From positions 36,040-100,039 of the forward strand of contig JAHLTZ010000055.1 in NCBI GenBank assembly GCA_025786725.1: DNA of 64,000 nucleotides, written 5' to 3'. The position numbers were made by a program, and so were the translations under genes. Below, one piece after another: positions 24,795-35,975 of this stretch (its first letter is position 1; each line of letters begins with the position of its first letter). This DNA is from Syncephalis fuscata S228 (lineage: Eukaryota; Fungi; Zoopagomycota). Under the pieces are notes generated by a model. That model was given only the letters and a program-made list of their open reading frames with translations, was not told the origin of the DNA and did no database searches.

Positions 24795-27700
24795 TTATAA
24801 ATCATTGAAAATGGATTGTAAATCGGCAATACGTGTTTCTCGTCTCTCTTCCGTTGGTTGTCCTTCGTGTTGTATTCCGGAAAATGCTTTGGCAACCAAG
24901 GCCCGCTTCTTGGCCTGAATATCCATCACCTTTTCCTCTATAGAGCCCTATAGCACATATTAATAATAAATAGAAAACCAATGATGAGTGTAGCCTACTT
25001 CAATGACAAATTGAAATACATTCACGGGTCGCGTTTGACCAAGTCGATAAACCTAGTAATCATCTATATTAGCGGTCTATAGCCTGTTAACCTGTTAACC
25101 GGTCATCATTACTCTATCAATGGCTTGATCTTGTATACTTGCATTCCACCATGGATCAAGTAGAAACACTTGACTGGCTGCAGTTAGATTAAGACCCAAG
25201 GCACCACTATGACCAACAATCATTTGTATTTAATAGTTGTTATATAATCATTTACCTACCATTTCAATGATATAAGCATGACTATTGGTATATCTGTATG
25301 ACTATCGTGTATATCAGACTGTGAACGGTGTCTTTTATGATTTGATTCATCAACTGGTATACTAAATCGTTCAATGATGGTATCTCGCTTTTTACGAGAC
25401 ATGGTACCATCAAATCGAACAAATGGAATACCGACACTTTCTAGATGTGGTTCAATCTATTATAGATTAATATAATTACTAATAAATTACTATTATTAAT
25501 TACTTTATCTAACATAGATGTCCATTGAGAGAATACAACTGATTTGATGCCTACTGGTGTGGCATGTAGGAATGTTAATAATGCATTGATCTTGGCACTT
25601 GGTTCAAGAGTAGGTCTATCTGTATTTGATACATGTTCTTCTTTCTTTTCTTTCTCCCCTTTCTCTTCTTCTTCTATTTCTTGAGTATTTTCTACAAGTG
25701 GTGGTGTGGGTGGTAATTCTAATAATTGATTAGATTTAATTCGTTTCCTACACATTGGACAAGTAGGTTTAGTAGCAATGACTCTTTCAATACACATCTA
25801 ATAATAAATATTAATATATTAGTACATTAATTTATCAATTGTAATGATGCAGGTTAACTTACTCGACAGAAGAAATGAGCACATGGTGTAATACAGCCTT
25901 GAACTAATGCTTCTAAACAGATACAGCAATCTTCACCATTCTCAATGGCATCTCTTAATAGCTCGACTAATCGTTGCACTAAAGGATCATCCCAGTTTAT
26001 TGGTGCTTCTTCATTATGTATAGCAGCTGGTATATTTTGAATACTTAATTCATGATTTGCGACTGCAGTTCGTAGTCTCTCTAAATAAGATTCAGGACAT
26101 AGTGATGGATGGTCACATAATTGACGCATACGCATTAACATTTCAAGTAATTCGGCGTAATTATTCATCTAAATAACATTAATATACTAATAACTATTAT
26201 CATAATAGTTACTTACTAATTCATTATCGTGCATGGCGTGTCTAAATAGACGTTGATTTTGTTGTTTAACCAATGCGTATAATTCACGTTCACGATCACT
26301 AATCCATTTTACTTTATGTAGATACACGTTACAGGGTGGCATTTGTATTAAGGGTCGACCCTGCAATTTCATGGCTTTTGTACGTCGAATACATAAACTT
26401 TGCATTAATACTTTAAGTCGATCCAGTCCTTGGGCATCTCCACGTCTTATTGGTCTTTTAAATACCATATTATACCATTCCATATTATCAAATGGTTTAT
26501 AATTTAAAAACCTATTATTATAATTATTATTAAATAAATAAATAATATATATATAGAATATAAATAAATACTTACTTGATTAAACTGTATAAATCATTCA
26601 ACTTTATCATACATTATTATTAAATAGATATACTTTATTGCTACTTACATCATTGGTGACAGGGGTACCTATTGGTTATATACAGCGATAAATAGTTAAA
26701 TCTATTTATATAGTAATTATACTTACCACTAATAATCCATCTTCTTTCGGCTTTAATTCGGCATGCTGCCAGACTCATTTGTGTTTTAGGATTTTTAATT
26801 AAATGTCCCTAATAGACGTATTTAATTAACTATTTAATTAATATATTAAATAACTTACCTCATCTAATACTACTCTTAGCCATGGAATAGAGAATAAAGG
26901 TGATGAATCTGCATCAGCTGCCATAGTCTATATAATATAATATAATATAATATATTATTACAGTGATTATTATACAATGCTTATATCTACCTGATAGGTT
27001 GTCAATATAATGGAGTGCTGTTTTAAAAACTCAACATTTTTATACGTTGTGCTCCATGATAGACATACCAAGTGAGACGGTCAGGCATAACATGGGTCTA
27101 ATTATTGCATATTGATATGTATCAATGATATAGTCACCAGATTAGAAGGTAATAAACTTACCGTCAATTGCGTCTCCCAATTACCAATGACTGAGAGTGG
27201 ACACACCACTAAAGTAGTATTACAGTAATCTTTACTAGTACCAGTGTTTCTATCCATTGTATCTTTATTTGGTGTAATTATAGGATATCCACTAGGATCT
27301 GTTAATAAAAGAGCAATTGTTTGTAGTGTTTTGCCCAATCCCATCTATAAAGTAAATGTTAATAATATAGGTATTATTATAATAAAAACTTACATCATCG
27401 GCTAGAATACCACCTCTCATTAATGCTGGTGTTTCACGTTGTAGTGAATTAGTGGCCACATTACAGTAAATAATACTCTATTATTGTTATTGTTAATAAT
27501 TAATCAATACTATTTAATACTCAAGTAACTATTTTACTTACATCTTTCTCTTTTCTAGTAGCCCAGAATTGTGTATGATGTTTATCAAGCTTTTTAGTTG
27601 ATGGTGCTGCTAATCTCGGATGTTCTGCTTGTACCATCCAGGCCAACCCTTGTAATTGATAATGGAGTAGCTGAACTTTAAGTGAGCCTTCTTGTGGACC

Positions 27701-28863
27701 AGGTGGCGATGGATGTACAGGTAATTTGGCCAAATCTTTAACCGATGATGCCAATTCAGTCTATTGTTTCATAGTTATATTAAGATGATTCATCTATCAT
27801 TTGTTCATTACCATAATTTGTTGTGAAGAAAGGCGTGTTACACGACTGCCTTCTACTAAACGCTCCGCTGTATTATCCCCCATACGTGGACGTGTTAGAT
27901 TAATAGCAAATCGTCGAAGTGCCTCTAATACGTCTGTCTTTAAATCGCTTGGCCCATAAATGATGACATCCAATCGAGCTTGATAGGTACTGCCCACTAT
28001 TCATATCCATATCTTATTGTTCTATATTATTGTTTTTAGGGCATCCATAACTTACCTGTACCTAAAGGACAAACACCCTCTAATCGAATACATTTTCTAT
28101 CGATCATTGGAGCAAAAGCAGCGGCATGTCCTTTTGGTATGTGTCCAATCTATTATTACCATTAAATGTTATTGATACTGTATAAGAGACTAGTATGGTA
28201 TAACTGAATATTACCTGTTCTCCAGCAATATTCATAGCACGTATAGCGTTTGTATCATATGGATTGTCTGGTTGACGTTCAAGCACAACACTTTGATTTC
28301 TGCCCACCATACCATGATAATATCGAAGGCCTATTACTTGTCAGTCTATATTATAACTAAATTGATTAATTACTTACCCACAATATTAGTGGTAAATCTG
28401 CCAAATTCTATTTCATTTTCACTTTCATCCTCGCTTTCATCATCTTCAATAACTATAACTGATGAATTGGACTCGTTATCTACATCGATTGATGTTTGAC
28501 GGTTAGAACAATTTATCTCGTTACTGTCACTATTACCTTGATTAATCGTCTGTCTATCATGTTCTGTTGCACTTTAACAGTCGTATTAGCAGTTATAGTT
28601 AATTTAATTCTACTAACATACCTATCTCTATTTACTGGAGATTGTGTCTGAGTTACATGACCATATTCATATAGACGTGTTAAACCGTCAATACTGGGAA
28701 GGTGCGGACCACTATTAATTGGCGTGTTGCCAGTCTCTAGTGGTCGTTTTCCTAATTGAATGTATTATGTTATATTATATTACAAAGTAAGAATTCATTA
28801 GGTTTAAAAGTATAGATTTCACTAAACAATACCTTGTCGTCGATTATTAGCTGAAGAAGACAT
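24795..28863 (-). CDS. RAD5/HLTF-like SNF2 helicase with HIRAN and RING domains (many exons)
   Basis: HIRAN ([16 protein letters not shown]), GGILADD|[17 protein letters not shown] (CCICL...TPCAHFFC...CPMCR), [43 protein letters not shown]|YRLGQTRPV. Confidence 0.92.
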
Positions 28864-29684
28864 TACGCGAACAATGAACAAGTTAAATATGTTCTTTTGT
28901 TATTGATATATTTATTAAAAAAATTAGATTCAATATAGATTAGGTGTTTGACTCGATGCTAATTCGTTCCACCTTTTTAGTTGTACAGAATACTGAGTAG
29001 TAAGCTAGTTTAAAAAGAATGTTATTAAACCATTATTATTTATTAATATATTACAACTCGTCTTCTACTTTCTGTTAACTATTCATCACCTACTATACAC
29101 TATTATTTATTATCTATTTATTTGTTTATTTATTTGTTTTAATAATTCAATATTAGTTTTCTATGTTGTCATTTGTATCATATTCATGGCTTTTGTAGTT
29201 AATATAGCCATCGTGGACACTATACCTGCTATAGTTTGTTGTACATAAATTTGTAGTAATAGTATTAATAATTTGTTTTAATTTATAACACTAGTTATTT
29301 TGCTACTACAAGCAATACTTTAATATAAATTAAAGCACTCAATTCATTCATTTCTTTAATGCGATTTACAAACCGGTTTAAATATTGTTAAAACAATACT
29401 TTTGTATTACATCATCTACATTAGTTTCAGTGCTAAATACTGTTAATATAATTTATAAAGCACAAATTGTCATTAGTAATAACTGCAATACTGTTTAATG
29501 AAATAATTAAAGTTAAATATTCGGTTTTAGTGTTAAAAAGAATGTAGTATATCTATTAAGACAATAATCAAGGTTACATTCAAAAACATAACTATAATGT
29601 TAACCAATTCAACATCTATGCAAACACATACACACGCACAAGCAGCGTAGCCAATATGTTACTCATTGACTGTTTATAGCCTTC

Positions 29685-31500
29685 TTATTGTAGTCGATGG
29701 CGACGTACTCGTCCCGCTAGCATATCATCATGTCTAATGCCACATTTTTGACATATTTTAGGGCCCTGTTATAATAACATTAATTGGTAATTAGCAACTA
29801 ATAGTAATTCAATATAACTTTACTTACCGAAGCACCACAACCACACACTCTATCGCCTGCAATCTCTGGTCCTTCCGTTGTACAACTACACATAATACTT
29901 TTAAGACAAAGTATTGCGCAATAACAAGGACAAAACAGTCCTACACACAGATAGTCAAAAAACTTCCATTCCCGTGCAAAGTCATGTACACCACCCCCTG
30001 GACATGGCTGGTTATTATAATCGATGTAGGGCGCATAACGTGAGCTTTGCGGTGATGTAGGCGCCGCCGTCATCTCAATAGCCTCTGGATAGCCGGTGTA
30101 TTTGTTATGTGTGGGATGAACAGCCGCATTGGGACGATCTGGACTACGGTGCTGTCCATTAACACCGCCATTGCCGCTGGTGGTCGGTGATAGTGGATAG
30201 GCCGGTGGCGGTGATACAGGATTAGCAATGGGCCTATTATTCGGAGATTGATGATGTGGTAAAGGTGGTGATGGATGAGAGTGCTGTGAATGTCCTGAAT
30301 GGTATGAATGTGGCGATGAAGGCCCATGCATTGTCGATAGATTGGCTGTTTGAATAGGTTGTGGTGGTGATGAAATATTTAACTGCATATTTGGACCAGG
30401 TGATGGCTGTCGTGATGATGAGGCAGTTGGATATGGCATAAGTGCATTTGGCTGTGGCGGTGTACCATATTCTGAACGACCATCGTATGGTGGCCGATTA
30501 TGATCCATACTAGGCCGTTGATCGAAACTGGGCCGTTTAGGATTCATACTGGGCCGCGGTGCTTCCATAGTTAGTCGACGATTATTATTATTATTATTAC
30601 CATTATTATTGTTATTATATGTGTTATCTTGATTTTGATAATTACGAGATGGCATAGCATCTGGTGGTCCCGTATAAGACTGTGGTTGATATGAACCCTT
30701 ATGCTGGTCATGATGTTGAGCTGAATATTCCTCCACATGAGATTGCTTCGGCGTATCTTCCTTTACGGCTGGCTGTGAAGTAGTTGTCATTGGTTCTTTA
30801 TCAGCTATTACTGTAGGCGATAGAGGTGGCTCGCTGTTATTTGGTATTTCAGTCTGATTAAGCCACTTTTCAATACGTACAAAACTAGACGGTGGCCTGA
30901 CCGCTTCGGGCATTGGCATTGGCCGAAATGCCGGCATAGACGGTGCTGATGATGCGTTTGGGTCATTGTTGCTATTGTTATTGCTATTGGAGGCTGGCCA
31001 AGGTAATCGTTGTGGTGGTTGTGACGATTGATTAAATGGAGGCTGTATCTGCTGCTGTTGCTGATGTTGATGTGGTGCCGGTGGCGGATGTTGTGGTGGT
31101 GGCGGCGGCATAGATGGTAGCAATGGCATAGGTGAACCAGTACGAGATGGATTTTCAAGTCGCTGCGCAAAAGAATTAAAACTACGTACACTCGATGAGC
31201 GGCTTTTTACACCTGGTCGATAAGCTGCTCCCATAGAACTGCCATTGAATGGTGGTGCGGGCGACGATGACGACATAGGCACTGGTGCTCGATCATGATG
31301 AGCTGGTGAACGTGAATACTGATTACGCATATTCTCCGCTGCCACTAATGAGAAGGGACTGGCGGAGAATTTCGATTAAATTGTCCTGGCGGTGGCGGTA
31401 AAGGCCGTGGCCCACTCATTGACTGACGCGGGCCGGATGACATACTTTGATCCGCATTTATTGATTCATTGTGAGCATACATAAATGAATTTTCCGTCAT
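29685..31500 (-). CDS. Pro/Ser/Gln-rich protein with C-terminal Cys-rich membrane-associated domain (BRI3/LITAF-like)
   Basis: ATG at 31500, apparent 1-nt indel near 31355, intron about 29828-29767. C-terminus CPGGGVHDF...LCVGLFCPCYCAILCL...KICQKCG. Confidence 0.6.
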
Positions 31501-32479
31501 AATAGCAATTGAACCGTTATCGACAACAGTTTGCTACTAATTAGCCGATGGAGTTAATAATGTTGAATCTTAAAGTGTAGCTGCACTAGATTCTTAAATA
31601 TAACGTGATAACCCGCACTGCAGGCAATACTGTTAATATTGGTACTATTAGCAATAGTAGTAGTCACTACACGAGTTGTGACTGTAAATGTTGATTAAAC
31701 AAGTAATGGTAATAGTAGCTACAACAGCAGTAGCAACAAACGATCCACGAGTCAGTCGCGCCGCTGTTGTTGATAGTTGGAACGTGTTGGATGAGAATAA
31801 AAGATCAATAAAATAGATTTTGTGTTATGAAATTGGACGTGTGTGTGTGCGAGAATAGAAAGAGAAAGAGAAAAGAGCCAGTCTGACAAAGAAAGGCCTT
31901 TACTAAGCCACCAAGAACAACACTGTTACCTTTAATGGCACGAGACAAAAGAGTCACGCCTAGTTTGTTGTACGCGTAACGAAAGAGAATGAACTAACGA
32001 TTTAATGAAAGAGATGACTAAAGAGAAGCAAGATTAAGGCAATATTAAAGCAATACTAGGAGTTAAGTAGCGTAGTTAAACAGAGGCCAGAATACACCAG
32101 GGCGGAGTAATGTAAAGGAACAAACGGCGTTTAAAATAGCTACTATTACCAAATAAGTCGTTGTTCTAATTTAAGTAGTAAAAGTCAGGATATTTTTATT
32201 ATGGCTTATCTTTTTTTACTGGCTTTTAATTATAGCTCTGGTATAGTAAAATGTATACTTGCTATGGTCAATATAACCCGTGTTATTGTTGTATATAACT
32301 AAGGATATTACAACAATAATCGTTTTTAGCGGTTCTTGGACACAATAAGAGGACTGCACCTGCCAGAAACGGTCAAGGAGACGAGGCACGTTTGTATGCA
32401 TCTAGTGAGAAAATCAGGTTCGCTGTGCCATTGTTTCAGTTGATTGAATTTTACTCTGCCTTCCATGTTTTAGTCTCCA

Positions 32480-33198
32480 TAGCAAACTTGGTTCCAATTG
32501 AAGTTGCGCTGTTATGCATAACACAATTATAATGTTTTCTAACAAAATGTTATTAATAAATTGATTTAAATAAGCAATGTAACATGCTATTTGATTATTT
32601 GGAACATTTGAGGTTGATCATTATTGTTGTTGGCTATGTGTAGAAAGATTGACCGAATATTAATAAAAGCCATATAATTACGATTCCGTATCGCTCCGCA
32701 GTCGTTGTTATTGTTGCGTCTGAATGGTCTCTTCTATTTTCCAATCTTCTATTGTTGCATTTGGGCATATTTGCAATGTAAATACTCGTCTATGGTGACA
32801 AAAAGTAGGACGGCCAGCATTTCTGATGTTCACCATTCTCTTAAGCATTCTTAGTATTAACTTGGTAGGCACAGTTTATTTGCCAACCATTGATGAAGCA
32901 AATGGTCTCCACCATATGCAATAATGATAGATTGAATGTCTTCATCAGAAACATCTTGTGGCGACGGCTGTAACCAGAATATGCGGCATGCCGTTGAGGT
33001 TACTTGAACAGATGTTAATGTAAAATAAGAGAACAAAAACTAGAGATTAATAATGTTTTTATTGCTGTACAAATACACATGTTATTTTATTGTCATATTC
33101 AACATTATTGTATAATATATTACTGCATAAAACAATACGATAGCGATAGGAAAAGAAAGTGAAATAAGTAAATAAAAATGTGGAAGTCAAAGTAAAAT
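32480..33198 (-). mobile_element. Degraded Fanzor/TnpB fragment, copy 2, including about 100 nt of 3' non-coding tail
   Basis: Near-identical to 5948-6581 over 32577-33198. Reads CGAIRNRNYMAFINIRSIFLHIANNNNDQPQMFQ at the C-terminus. The tail is shared with 46563-46750. Confidence 0.75.
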
Positions 33199-34670
33199 GA
33201 CTTGAGCATGTAAATATTACACACTCAATCTAATGTTTTATTTTAATATATAGCTATACAACTTTTATTAATGGTCAATAAATAAATTAATATGTCTTTC
33301 TATTATTGCAATAATGATAATATTATTACTTATTCTGATAAATAATTAGATTAAGCCTTGTAATAGTTGACTTAGTTGGGGTCGTGTACATGTGAGTATA
33401 TAAGAAGTTACAATTTGATTGTAAATATTTATCCATACAAACAGCCAGAATTATAAATTATAGTGACAATAATCAGTTATTTGCCTACTAAACTCGGTAA
33501 TTCAATTATATTTACATCTCTCTGTTTTTGTGAGTTATTCGGTTTAACATTGCTGCTGTTATGGTCGCATTAGCAACAATCGACTTTTGATGAACACAGT
33601 TCAGTTTAACATAACTATAATAATTTGCTACATGCTAAACCAGTAAGCCTTTAAGTTGCCAGTTGTTTTTCATTGATTTCTGATTTGGCTTGTGCTTCTA
33701 TATTCCAACTTGCTTAACTTGTTAGAAGTGGTTCAGAAATGCGAACAAAACTTAGACCTTGGATAATTACCAATTGATATACAATTCACAGTCACTATGC
33801 ATTTGAAATTGCTGATATTTGGTTAGAACTTTCTATTGTGTTTAACTAGTGTTTGCATATTGTATTGCGTGTAATTTAGCCGATACAATTTAGTCTACAA
33901 CTGAAACTGATAAAATGACTTGTTAGAATGCTTCATTGCTCAAAATTCTGTGATGTATCATGTTACAAACAGTACTTATTGTATAGTCGATTCCAGGTGA
34001 TTTAGATTAGCCGCCATTTGAATGATGGTAGTTGCACAGCATGTAGCATGATATGCTTGGATACGATATATTTGTGAATCCAAAACAATTATTACCCCAT
34101 AACAATGGGCATAGTGTCGAATGGAATGCATACATGTACCAATCAACACACTTTATAATTTAAGGAATTACAACCTACCTATGTATAGCAGTAAAAACCT
34201 GTATAAAATACTAGTTTGATACATTAAACTTGTTTTTGTATCAGTGTTGTGTGTTATTCTGTATGCATGCAGATATTGAGGACTGAGTCGGTAGAAATGG
34301 TAGTAAAGACACCATTATTGTTTTCACAAAATTAAACAATATTTTGCTTTCACCAAATAGTTAGACCGTGTAACAAAAAAATGCAGAATAATGTATATGT
34401 CTATCACATATGTACTGGATTAGGAATTGCTGCATTATTTATGTAAATGCCGAAAAGATTGAAGTAAAGACCAGGCAGGTTAAAATCAAGGCCGGACAGG
34501 TTGAAATCAAAACTGGGCAAGTTAAAGACTGGAAAGCATGCTAGCACGCCCTGAATCAATTAGTACACGCGTGCCTCAAACCATCGCTTGAATTACCTAT
34601 TGGTTCATACTACACATCAATGATATATATCGTATACTACAGTATACTAGCATCTCAGCATAGCCATAGG

Positions 34671-34685
34671 TTTAAATAGCCCACA
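34671..34685 (+). promoter_or_regulatory. Conserved TATA-like core promoter motif TTTAAATAGCCCACA of the microexon genes
   Basis: The same 15-mer lies about 125-145 nt upstream of the ATG in all three family members (also 49198-49212 and 17699-17685). Confidence 0.55.
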
Positions 34686-34815
34686 AAATATACACAACCA
34701 ACTGCAATATCATCAGCACACTCTACTTCTTGCTATACACGCACTACTATACACTTTATACCAGCCACACTCTACTATCTCTTTTATTTGTTTGTCTTAA
34801 CAAATCAATATCATC

Positions 34816-35975
34816 ATGAAGCTTTCCATTGCCGTTGTTTGCATCGTCGTGGCTTTGATAGCCGCTACAACCATGGTCGATGCTAAACCAACCATGGTGG
34901 ATGATAAACCAACTTTGGTTCGTCGTGGTATGTTTAATGACAATAATATATATATTATTATGCTTACTAACAGTATTTTAACTTAATATTAATAGAGGGT
35001 AAATTATATAATATATTAACTGATATGCACTAATTATGTATCATGTATTATGCGTATAAATAATTCAATATTAATAGACTGTAAGTTGCATTATATGTTG
35101 ACTGACTACGCACTAATTATGTACCATGTATTATGCGTATAAATGACTTAATATTAATAGGTTGTAAGTTGCATTACATGTTGACTGACTATGCACTAAT
35201 TATGTACCATGTATTATGCATATAAATAATTTAATATCAATAGGGTGTAAGTTGCATTACATGTTGACTGAATATATACTAATTATGTATTATATATTAT
35301 GCATATAAATAATTTAATATTAATAGGGTGTAAGTTGCATTACATGTTGACTGAACATATACTAATTATTACCATGTATTATGCGTATAAATGACTTAAT
35401 ATTAATAGTCCGTAAGTTGCATTACATTTTGACTGACTATGCACTAATTATGTACCATGTATTATGCATATAAATAATTTAATATTAATAGGGGGTAAGT
35501 TGCATTATATATCAACTGACTACGCACTAATTATGTACTATGTATTATGCATATAAATAACTTAATATCAATAGGTTGTAAGTTGTATTATATGTTAACT
35601 GAATATATACTAATTATGTATATATATTATACTATAAATGATTAATATTAATAGGGAGTAAGTGCATTATATATTAACTAACTATGCACTAATCATGTAT
35701 CATGTATTATGCGTATAAATAATCCAATATTAATAGGGAGTAAGTTAATTATATATCGACTGACTATGCACTAATTATGTAGCATATATTACGGTATAAA
35801 AATTAATACTAATAGCTTGTAAGTTATATTATATATTAAATAAATAAATACTAATCATGTGTCATTTACTATATGTATTAAAACTTGATACTAATAGGCG
35901 GTAAGTAGCCTTTTTATTGATGACTATGCATTAACCATATAACATATAATATATTTATTCGTAAATACAGCATAA
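34816..35975 (+). CDS. Microexon peptide gene C: 37-aa prepro leader ending RR, 12 three-nucleotide exons and a terminal exon; predicted mature peptide EDCWWFRGWRTCA
   Basis: Exon 1 is 34816-34927 (MKLSIAVVCIVVALIAATTMVDAKPTMVDDKPTLVRR+G). Microexons AGG 34996, ACT 35078, GTT 35161, GGT 35244, GGT 35327, TCC 35409, GGG 35492, GTT 35575, GGA 35655, GGA 35737, CTT 35816, GCG 35898, each flanked by AATAG and GTAAGT/GTAAAT. Last exon ACAG|CA TAA. Confidence 0.85.
34985..35910 (+). repeat. About 83-bp tandem repeat (about 11-12 units); each unit is one intron plus one 3-nt exon of gene C
   Basis: Consensus GTAAGTTGCATTACATGTTGACTGACTATGCACTAATTATGTACCATGTATTATGCATATAAATAATTTAATATTAATAG-NNN; period 79-83 bp. 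Confidence 0.95.

Noticed and set aside
33500-34300. Possible SWIM-finger/MULE transposase remnant (minus strand NNCFGF...KHIMLH near 34040-34100)
   Set aside because: Too short and degenerate to support without a profile search.
34469-34531. Three 21-bp imperfect repeats upstream of gene C (would read TRQVKIK/AGQVEIK/TGQVKDW)
   Set aside because: No supporting ORF, and not shared with the promoters of genes A and B.
34985-35910. CRISPR-like array (regular repeat with variable inserts)
   Set aside because: Eukaryotic context, 80-bp repeats with 3-nt 'spacers' and no cas genes. The repeat boundaries are exactly spliceosomal GT...AG.
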